From: Candidatus Falkowbacteria bacterium
Lineage (GTDB): Bacteria > Patescibacteriota > Patescibacteriia > CAIXNZ01
Length of the DNA: 64,000 nucleotides
Reading direction: 5' to 3'
NCBI GenBank assembly: GCA_963774955.1
Contig: CAVZGV010000003.1
Coordinates: 192,771-256,770 of the forward strand
Shown: in pieces, positions 56,490 to 64,000 of the stretch
Numbering within the stretch: position 1 is the first letter of the stretch
How the letters are laid out: the number at the start of each line of letters is the position of its first letter
Notes under the pieces: generated by a model
What the model was told of the DNA's origin: nothing
Database searches by the model: none
The model's input: the letters and a program-made list of their open reading frames with translations, nothing else
Position numbers and translations under genes: made by a program

Positions 56490-57249
56490 AATTGAAGCTG
56501 AAATCATGTCCCAGATTGCCAAGGGGCAGCTCAAGCCGCGCTCCAAGTACATTTTTCTGGCTGAAAAATTGGGTTTAGGCAGCGCTTTTATATTAAGTGC
56601 TCTTTTGGCAGTACTATTTTTTAATTTGGTTTTATTTTATTTGAAATCTTCAGACGATCTTGGCTATTTGAGTTTCGGCAGTAAAGGGATTTTTGCCTTT
56701 TTGGAATCTTTCCCTTATTTTTTGATAATCACTTTGATTGTGTTGATTTTTGCCGCCGGATTTATTATTAAAAAAAGTGAAGTTTTTTATCATCATTCTT
56801 TCGGCTTATTAGCCTTGGCCATGGTCGGGTTTGTTTTGATCTTCGGTTTTTTTCTAACCTATACAGATATTGCCGAACAAATCGAGCAAAAAACATATGA
56901 ACAGCATCCTGTGGGTTTTGTTTTCCGTCCTTTTTTAAAACGGGTGCGGATTGAAAGAAACCAGGGGCTTGCCGGGCGTATTATTGAAATAGAAAATCAG
57001 CTGATTGATCTGCAAACCCCGGTAAAAATAGTAATTGTTGATGTAAGCAATTTAGAAGTTGTACCGCTACAGCCGTTAAGGCAAGGTATGTTTATTCTGG
57101 CCATTGGCCATAAAAGGGGAGATAATTTTATGGCTACTGATATTCATATAACAAATGATGACGAAATCCCCCTGATTAGACGTGGGGTACATAGGCTCTT
57201 TGGTCCTTTGCCGCCCCAGCCAGTACCTCTGGAAGAATTCGGAAATTAA
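56470..57249 (+). CDS. membrane protein, putative anti-sigma factor
   Basis: Overlaps the sigma gene stop; 3 TM plus a C-terminal soluble domain. Confidence 0.7.
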   Translation: MTNSQNKIEAEIMSQIAKGQLKPRSKYIFLAEKLGLGSAFILSALLAVLFFNLVLFYLKSSDDLGYLSFGSKGIFAFLESFPYFLIITLIVLIFAAGFIIKKSEVFYHHSFGLLALAMVGFVLIFGFFLTYTDIAEQIEQKTYEQHPVGFVFRPFLKRVRIERNQGLAGRIIEIENQLIDLQTPVKIVIVDVSNLEVVPLQPLRQGMFILAIGHKRGDNFMATDIHITNDDEIPLIRRGVHRLFGPLPPQPVPLEEFGN

Positions 57250-57419
57250 ATAAGTTTAAATAAAAAAGCCGTTCACGGTTTAGTGGGCGGCTTTTGTAAT
57301 GAAATAATTTTCAGAGTCGGGATGTATAAATAGCAACTAAACCATTTAGCGATTGCCATCAAATGTATCCTTAATCGGTTTAGGCCTTTTAAAAACTTAA
57401 TTCATTAATTAATCCATTT

Positions 57420-57890
57420 ATGAACAAAAAAATTCTTTTAATTGTCCCGGCCATAGCCATTGCGGCTGTTTTGACGGCCGGTATAGTCCAAGCCTATAGC
57501 GGTTTTGGTTTCGGCCATAAAAATATTGATTCCGCCACCGCTGCTCAGAATTTTGAAAATAAATTAAGCCAAGAGGCTGATTTGCTAGGGATTACTGTGG
57601 AAGAGATGAAAACTTTTTGGTCTCAGGGCAAAAGTATAAAAGATATTGCCAATGAAAAAGGGATTACTCAGGATCAGCTAAAAGCCAAAATGCAGGCCCA
57701 GCGAGCGACCGAGCAAAAACAGTGGCTTCAGAATCTGGTTGATCAGGGTAAACTAACCCAGGCTCAGGCTGACTCCAGATTGCAAACGATGCAAACTAAA
57801 GCCGCCTCGATGAAAGATAAGAAAGCTAACCGAAGAGGTTTTAGGTCTATGTTTGATAAAAACAGTAATTTGAATCCGGTTGCCAATTAA
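57420..57890 (+). CDS. secreted helical hypothetical protein
   Basis: Signal peptide ending VQA; ADLLGIT..GKSIKDIA..LVDQGKLTQAQAD. Confidence 0.75.
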   Translation: MNKKILLIVPAIAIAAVLTAGIVQAYSGFGFGHKNIDSATAAQNFENKLSQEADLLGITVEEMKTFWSQGKSIKDIANEKGITQDQLKAKMQAQRATEQKQWLQNLVDQGKLTQAQADSRLQTMQTKAASMKDKKANRRGFRSMFDKNSNLNPVAN

Positions 57891-58122
57891 TAATTAATAT
57901 ATTGAGTATGTGGTAATTTTAGGCACCCGTTCCTTTTACTTCGTGGGACGGGGTTCTAAAATATGCGCTAGCCGTCAATCCCACCTAATACTTAAAAACC
58001 CCATTTAAGCAGCGGCAAATAGAAAGTGCATGGAAGACTTAAGGGCGGGGTCGAGTAGCCTCGCCCTTTTAGTCTATATTATGGGATTGATGCTTTGGGA
58101 AAAATCCTATATAATTAAAGAA

Positions 58123-58689
58123 ATGATTAAAAATAATGACCTTAATTTAATCAGGCGATATTTAGAGGGCGACCAAAAATCGTTGGAGATTTTAATTAGT
58201 AATAATCTTAAGCTGGTTTACAGTTTTATTTATCATTATGTGGGTAATAGCGCTGACGCGGAAGACATTACTCAGATTGTGTGGGTAAGGGTTTGGAAGA
58301 ATTTAAAAAAGTTTAATCAAGAAAAAAGTTTTAAAACTTGGATATTGAGTATAGCCAAAAACGCCTGCCTGGATTTTTTGAAAAAGAAAAAAGAGCTGCC
58401 TTTTTCGACTTTTGAGAAAGAAGATGGTGCTAATACAATTTTAGACACAATAAAAGATCCTGCCTTACTGCCATCTGAACAATCTGAGCAAACAGCCTTC
58501 TCTTACAGACTCAAAACGGTTATCGATAAACTTTCAGACAAATATGGCCAGGTCTTGCAGCAGCATGTTTATAATCAATTTACCTTTAAGGAAATTGCAG
58601 TCTCATCTGGGGAGTCGCTGAATACAATAAAAAGCCGTTATCGCCGCGCCTTATTGGTTTTACGTAAAATATTAGCTGCCAGGCTCTAA
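58123..58689 (+). CDS. ECF RNA polymerase sigma factor
   Basis: DAEDITQ, SFKTWILSIAKNACLDFL, TFKEIA..LNTIKSRYRRA. Confidence 0.92.
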   Translation: MIKNNDLNLIRRYLEGDQKSLEILISNNLKLVYSFIYHYVGNSADAEDITQIVWVRVWKNLKKFNQEKSFKTWILSIAKNACLDFLKKKKELPFSTFEKEDGANTILDTIKDPALLPSEQSEQTAFSYRLKTVIDKLSDKYGQVLQQHVYNQFTFKEIAVSSGESLNTIKSRYRRALLVLRKILAARL

Positions 58690-58762
58690 TTTGCCATTAC
58701 TTACAAGAGCTTACTCAGACGGATGCACCAAAAGGCATCTTTTTTTCGTATATATAGTTAGA

Positions 58763-59194
58763 ATGAATAATATGTTAAAAAAATCCCGACAATTTGATTT
58801 AATTGAACCGCCAGCTGAGCTCTTGGGTAAAGTTATGAAAAGCATCTCCGAAGAACGCCGTTTGATTCCGGTTAAACTGCGCATTTTTTTATTATCCGCT
58901 GGATTAATTGGTACAATAATTTCTATTTTCCCAGCCGTTAAAATGCTTAAAACTGGGTTTATAGAATCGGGATTTTTACAGTTTTCCTCGTTGATTTTTT
59001 CTGACGCCGGGATTGTATTGGCTAATTGGCAGAACTATTTTTCTACATTATTGGAGTCTCTGCCGGTAATGAGTCTGATTGTATTTTTGGCTGTCATACT
59101 TTTTGCCCTGGAGTTTTTAAAGCTTTTATCGGGAGATATCAAGGCTATGTATAAAAATTTAAATATTAATCTGAAATTAAATCTATGGACTTAA
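58763..59194 (+). CDS. membrane protein, putative anti-sigma factor
   Basis: EPPAELLGKVM plus TM segments, directly after the ECF sigma. Confidence 0.65.
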   Translation: MNNMLKKSRQFDLIEPPAELLGKVMKSISEERRLIPVKLRIFLLSAGLIGTIISIFPAVKMLKTGFIESGFLQFSSLIFSDAGIVLANWQNYFSTLLESLPVMSLIVFLAVILFALEFLKLLSGDIKAMYKNLNINLKLNLWT

Positions 59195-59733
59195 ATAAAT
59201 TTTTTCAATCAAATACAGTTAAAGGTGCGATTTTGGGTATTGGCGCGGTTATTATTTTATTATTGGTTTTTAAAACTGGTATGATTGTCGGTACTAAAAA
59301 GGCGGATTTTTCCTGCCGTTGGAGTGATAATTATCATCGAAATTTTGGCGGACCCAGAGGAGGTTTTATGCCTGGCTTGGGTGATCGTGATTTTCTCGAA
59401 GCCAATGGAACTTTCGGGCAGGTGATAAAAATCGAGGGGTCAAATTTAGTTATCAAGGGTAGCAAAGATATTGAAAAAGTAGTTATTGTTGATAACAATA
59501 CTGTGATTAAACTTTTTTCTGACACTATAAAACTAACTGATTTAAAGATTGATGATAATATCGTGGTAATTGGTGAGCCAAATCAGCAAGGCCAGATAGT
59601 GGCAAAATTGATTAGAGTTATGCCTAAACCACAAGCCGGGGCGGCTGGTGCCCAGGGATTACCGCCGTTACCGCCAGGGCAACCTGATAATCAAATTAAA
59701 CCCCAAGATATTACTCCGCAAATACAAAAATAA
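59185..59733 (+). CDS. membrane-anchored hypothetical protein
   Basis: N-terminal TM; GQVIKI..DLKIDDNIVVIG beta-barrel-like segment. Confidence 0.7.
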   Translation: MDLNKFFQSNTVKGAILGIGAVIILLLVFKTGMIVGTKKADFSCRWSDNYHRNFGGPRGGFMPGLGDRDFLEANGTFGQVIKIEGSNLVIKGSKDIEKVVIVDNNTVIKLFSDTIKLTDLKIDDNIVVIGEPNQQGQIVAKLIRVMPKPQAGAAGAQGLPPLPPGQPDNQIKPQDITPQIQK

Positions 59734-59756
59734 TTAGTTAATAATATTATATTATT

Positions 59757-61685
59757 ATGATCAGTAAGTTTTTTAAATTTATAGCCAAACATAAAATTAT
59801 TTTTGGTGTAAGCGTGGTTATAATTATAGCCGCAGGATATTTTGGCATAAAGGCAATGTCTGGCAATAAAGCCGAGACAAAATATGTTTTAACTTCCGTT
59901 GAAAAGGGGACTATTATCAGTTCTATTTCCGGTAGCGGTCAGGTTTCGGCTTCCAGCCAAATTGATATAAAACCAAAAGTTTCAGGCGACGTTATTTCTG
60001 TTGATGTTAAAAAGGGGCAAAAAGTAAACGCTGGTGATATAATCGTGAAACTGGATTCAACCGATGCTTACAGAACCTTGCGTGATTCCAGATTAAGTTT
60101 GGAAACTGCCCAGCTGAGTATGGATAAATTAAAGCTGGGAGCTACGGAATCTGCTATTCAGCAGGCTAAAAATTCCTTAACCAATGCTCAGACTTCTTTG
60201 GATAAATTAAAATTATCTCAGGAAACAAATTACCAAAACGCCTTGAATACCCAGCAGAAATCTGAGGATAACATAGAAAAAGCCTATGAAGATGCTTATA
60301 ATTCGATTTCAAGTGCATTTTTGGATTTACCGTCTGTAATAACAGAACTGTATACGGTTTTTTTTAGTACTGATTTAATAGAGAATGAACGGGGACTCGG
60401 TAGCAATATGTCTAATGATATAGTTTTAATAAATACGATTTTAGCCGATGACTGGAAAGAGCGAGGCTTAATCTCTAATTATATTGATGATATTAACAGT
60501 AAATATCAAGCTGCAAAATTAGCTTATGACAACAATTTTGTCTCTTATAAAGCTTCCAGTCGTAATTCATCAAATGCTGATATCGACAAATTATTAACCT
60601 TAACAATTGATACTTCTAAAAAGATATCAGATACAGTCCAAAGTGAAATTAATGTCCTTAAATATTGGGTTGATTATCGTACAACTCATAAATTACCGAT
60701 TTATAATACGATTACACAGTATCAGAATTCCTTGGGCGCAGATACTACGCAAGTGAATAGCATTATTAGCTCATTATTATCAGCACAACGGTCCATTAAA
60801 GATTATATCGAAGCCAGGGATAATGCCGTAACCGATCTTAAATCCATGGAAATTAATAATCCACTTGATTTAGCAGCTGCTCAGGCTACGGTTGCAGAGC
60901 GACAGACTTCTTTAGACGATCTTTTGGCCGGGGCTGATCCTCTGGAAATTAAAACCCAGGAATTATCTTTACAACAGCGGATAAATTCATTGGCGGATGC
61001 TCAAGAAAATCTGGCCAATTATACTGTCAGGGCGCCATTTGATGGTGTGATTGCAGCTATTGATATAAAACCTTGGGATACATTGTCATCCGGATCTGCT
61101 GCGGCAACATTAATAACAGAACAAAAAATGGCGGAGATTTCCTTAAATGAAGTTGATGTGGCTAAGGTCAAGGTCGGGCAAAAGGTAACCTTAACTTTTG
61201 ATGCGGTCAGTGATTTGACAATATCAGGTGAAGTCGCTGATGTTGATATTATCGGCACAGTCAGTCAGGGTGTAGTAACTTATAACGTAAAAATACTTTT
61301 TGATACCCAGGATGAAAGAGTTAGGCCAGGTATGAGTGTTTCTGCAGCTATAATAACCGATATAAAACAAGATGTTTTGACTGTGCCAAATGCCGCTGTT
61401 AAAACAAGCGGCAATATCAGCTATGTTGAAATGCCGGCTGAAAATGTAGCGGCTAATTTGCTCAATAATAATTCAGGTATTACCTTGACTTCTGCCCTGA
61501 AACAGCAATCTATTACTACTGGTATAGCCAATGATTCTTTGACCGAGGTGGTTGACGGTTTGCAGGCAGGCGATCAAGTTGTGAGCAGAACAATTAGTTC
61601 TACAACTTCATCAACAACGACTTCCCAGGGACAGAGCTTGTTTAATATGGGTGGCGGAGGGACTCGTGCTTTCCGTGCGCCATAA
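59757..61685 (+). CDS. efflux membrane fusion protein (MacA/HlyD-like)
   Basis: VSGDVISVDVKKGQKV, VRAPFDGVI, EVDVAKVKVGQ, RPGMSVSA; long helical hairpin. Confidence 0.9.
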   Translation: MISKFFKFIAKHKIIFGVSVVIIIAAGYFGIKAMSGNKAETKYVLTSVEKGTIISSISGSGQVSASSQIDIKPKVSGDVISVDVKKGQKVNAGDIIVKLDSTDAYRTLRDSRLSLETAQLSMDKLKLGATESAIQQAKNSLTNAQTSLDKLKLSQETNYQNALNTQQKSEDNIEKAYEDAYNSISSAFLDLPSVITELYTVFFSTDLIENERGLGSNMSNDIVLINTILADDWKERGLISNYIDDINSKYQAAKLAYDNNFVSYKASSRNSSNADIDKLLTLTIDTSKKISDTVQSEINVLKYWVDYRTTHKLPIYNTITQYQNSLGADTTQVNSIISSLLSAQRSIKDYIEARDNAVTDLKSMEINNPLDLAAAQATVAERQTSLDDLLAGADPLEIKTQELSLQQRINSLADAQENLANYTVRAPFDGVIAAIDIKPWDTLSSGSAAATLITEQKMAEISLNEVDVAKVKVGQKVTLTFDAVSDLTISGEVADVDIIGTVSQGVVTYNVKILFDTQDERVRPGMSVSAAIITDIKQDVLTVPNAAVKTSGNISYVEMPAENVAANLLNNNSGITLTSALKQQSITTGIANDSLTEVVDGLQAGDQVVSRTISSTTSSTTTSQGQSLFNMGGGGTRAFRAP

Positions 61686-61705
61686 TTAACAGGGAAGATA
61701 TTATT

Positions 61706-62407
61706 ATGATCGAATGTAAAAATATAACTAAAACTTATATCAACGGCGATGTTGAGACTGATGTGCTTAAGGGCATTTCTTTTAGTATTGAGGACGGTGA
61801 ATTTGTGGCTATTATTGGGCCTTCAGGTTCGGGAAAGTCGACTTTAATGCATATTTTGGGAGCTTTAGATACGCCTACCAGCGGGGAGTATTATTTAGAC
61901 GGAAAAAATGTGGCCAAGCTTACAGAAGATGAATTGGCTGAAATTAGGAAAGGTAAAATCGGTTTTGTTTTTCAGTCATTTAATCTATTGCCCCGGGCTA
62001 CTGTTATGCGCAATGTGATCTTGCCGCTAATGTATACTGAAGTAGCCAAAAATGAACGGGAGCAACGGGCCAAAACAGCCTTAACCCATGTCGGGCTTGA
62101 CGAGGAACGTTATTATCATCTTTCCAACCAGCTTTCCGGGGGACAAATGCAACGCGTGGCCATTGCCCGAGCCTTGGTTAATAATCCCTCATTAATTTTG
62201 GCCGATGAACCTACGGGAAATCTGGATACTAAAACCGGTGAAATTGTTTTAAATACTTTTCAGGAACTTAATCAAAAGCAGAATCATACTATAGTTTTAA
62301 TTACTCATGAACAGAATGTGGCTAATCATGCAGATCGAATTATTCTTATTCGGGACGGGTTGCTGATTGATGATAGAAAAAATACAAAACATAAAGTAAA
62401 ACAATAA
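61706..62407 (+). CDS. ABC transporter ATP-binding protein (MacB/LolD-like)
   Basis: [34 protein letters not shown]. Confidence 0.95.
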   Translation: MIECKNITKTYINGDVETDVLKGISFSIEDGEFVAIIGPSGSGKSTLMHILGALDTPTSGEYYLDGKNVAKLTEDELAEIRKGKIGFVFQSFNLLPRATVMRNVILPLMYTEVAKNEREQRAKTALTHVGLDEERYYHLSNQLSGGQMQRVAIARALVNNPSLILADEPTGNLDTKTGEIVLNTFQELNQKQNHTIVLITHEQNVANHADRIILIRDGLLIDDRKNTKHKVKQ

Positions 62408-62410
62408 TTT

Positions 62411-63634
62411 ATGAAAACTAGTGATTTATTTGCGGAAACTTATTCGGCTTTAATATCAAATAAAGCCCGCTCAATTCTTACCATTTTGGGCATTGTTATT
62501 GGCATTGGTTCGGTCATTGCCATGATTGCCATTGGCCAGGGTTCCCAATTGACTATTCAGTCTAATATTCAAAATTTAGGTTCTAATTTAGTTATGGTTC
62601 AGCCTGGTTCTCAGAGGGGAGTCGGCTCTCAAGTCAGCCAAGGCCGCGGTTCAGCGCAGACTTTGACCAGAGAAGATGCAACTGCCATTGCCAATGAAGT
62701 TAGCACTGCCAAAGCTGTTGCTCCGGAACTTTCAGGGCGGTATCAGGTTACAGCCAAAGGGACAAATACTAATACTTCTGTAACCGGAGTTACTGACGCC
62801 TATCCTGCAGTCAGAAATATCGAAATTGATTTGGGAACTTTTATTACTCCCCAAAATTTAACCAGTATGTCTAGGGTTGCGGTTATTGGCCCGACTGTTA
62901 GAGATGATCTTTTCGGCGAAAATTCAGATCCGGTCGGACAATCGATTCGCATCAAGCAGATTGAATTTAAAATAGTCGGGGTGACCAAAACTAAGGGCGG
63001 AACCGGGTTCAGTAATCAGGATGATATCATTTTTGTACCCTTAACTACTGCGCAGCAATTTTTAGCCGGCAGTCAGAGAGTCAGCTCAATTAATGTGCAG
63101 GCTTTTGATTCCAAATCCATGGCTGATTTGCAGCAGGAGATTACTGATTTATTATTAACTCGCCATAATGTTACTGATCCGGCTGCCGCTGATTTTAGCA
63201 TTATGAATCAAGCAGATATTGTGGCAACGGCTTCTTCGGTCGCTAATACTTTTACTATGCTCTTAGCTTCAGTGGCCGCTATTTCTTTGATTGTCGGCGG
63301 CATCGGTATTATGAATATGATGCTGACTAATGTGACTGAACGAACCAGGGAAATAGGTTTACGCAAGGCAATTGGCGCCAAAAAAGAAGAAATCAGCCGT
63401 CAGTTTTTAATTGAAGCGGTAACTTTGACTTTTTTCGGCGGGATCATCGGGATTATTTTGGGTTGGCTGATATCTATGGGCATGCATATTTTTGGCGGTA
63501 TTGCTACGAGTGTATCCTTGTCTTCAATTTTATTGGCTTTTGGTGTCTCCGCGGCCATCGGTATCATTTTTGGGTATTATCCGGCACGTCGGGCTGCCAA
63601 TTTAAATCCAATTGAAGCTTTAAGGTACGAATAA
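62411..63634 (+). CDS. ABC transporter permease (MacB/FtsX-like)
   Basis: LTILGIVIGIGSV, VGGIGIMNMML, ERTREIGLRKAIGA, YPARRAANLNPIEALRYE. Confidence 0.95.
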   Translation: MKTSDLFAETYSALISNKARSILTILGIVIGIGSVIAMIAIGQGSQLTIQSNIQNLGSNLVMVQPGSQRGVGSQVSQGRGSAQTLTREDATAIANEVSTAKAVAPELSGRYQVTAKGTNTNTSVTGVTDAYPAVRNIEIDLGTFITPQNLTSMSRVAVIGPTVRDDLFGENSDPVGQSIRIKQIEFKIVGVTKTKGGTGFSNQDDIIFVPLTTAQQFLAGSQRVSSINVQAFDSKSMADLQQEITDLLLTRHNVTDPAAADFSIMNQADIVATASSVANTFTMLLASVAAISLIVGGIGIMNMMLTNVTERTREIGLRKAIGAKKEEISRQFLIEAVTLTFFGGIIGIILGWLISMGMHIFGGIATSVSLSSILLAFGVSAAIGIIFGYYPARRAANLNPIEALRYE

Positions 63635-63662
63635 ACAATATTAATAAATAATCAATAATATT

Positions 63663-64000
63663 ATGAAAAAATTTTTACCTTTAGTCATTGTGATCGTAAT
63701 TGTTGTGGTAGCCGGTGCATTTTACGGTGGCATGCTTTATAGCCAAAGCCAAAGACCGAGTTTTGCTAATGGGCGTTTCGGTCAAGGTGTAGCTAATTTT
63801 AACGGTCAGCGTCCAAATGGCCAAAATGGTGCCTCAGTTGTCAGCGGACAAATTTTATCCAAAGATGAACAGAGCATAACCGTGCAAATAAGGAATGCCG
63901 GTTCAAAAATTATTTTTTTGTCTGACAGTACCAGTGTGGGAAAATTTGTTGATGGCACTGCTGCTGATTTGACTGTTGGAGAAAATGTGATGGTTAACGG
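63663..64000 (+). CDS. membrane-anchored hypothetical protein, truncated by the window end
   Basis: MKKFLPLVIVIVIVVVAGAFYGGMLY..., frame open to the end. Confidence 0.7.
   Translation, partial: MKKFLPLVIVIVIVVVAGAFYGGMLYSQSQRPSFANGRFGQGVANFNGQRPNGQNGASVVSGQILSKDEQSITVQIRNAGSKIIFLSDSTSVGKFVDGTAADLTVGENVMVN

Noticed and set aside
58010-58040. GGCAAA...GAAA as a c-di-GMP-I riboswitch
   Set aside because: The P2 stem and GACGCAAAG consensus are missing

Overview
A 64-kb AT-rich bacterial window, most likely from a Patescibacteria/CPR (Parcubacteria-like) genome using genetic code 11. This is inferred from gene content, housekeeping genes without Shine-Dalgarno sites, and a short RpoA. Housekeeping genes: mnmA, alaS, infA-rpmJ-rpsM-rpsK-rpsD-rpoA-rplQ-rplM-rpsI, cysS, dus, corA, dnaX, tRNA-Gln(CTG), two ECF sigma modules and a MacAB-like ABC exporter. 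Main accessory content: (1) a ~19-kb His-Xaa-Ser RiPP-like cluster with two HxsD-type genes, HxsB, an (HGS)n precursor with a prepilin-like leader, about 11 radical SAM genes in total, and a terminal A24 prepilin-type peptidase; (2) three tandem 394-bp units, each a 5' tRNA-Gln copy whose T-loop is interrupted by two 18-bp hairpins separated by duplicated CG, followed by a small GIY-YIG nuclease gene, with an intact tRNA-Gln after the last unit; (3) GxxExxY and four-helix-bundle cassettes flanked by short-period repeats, plus ORF-less versions; (4) a dispersed family of short palindromes, some nested and one in frame within dnaX; (5) an atcJABC-like J-domain operon next to the tRNA. Several genes carry frameshifts, which may be sequencing indels.
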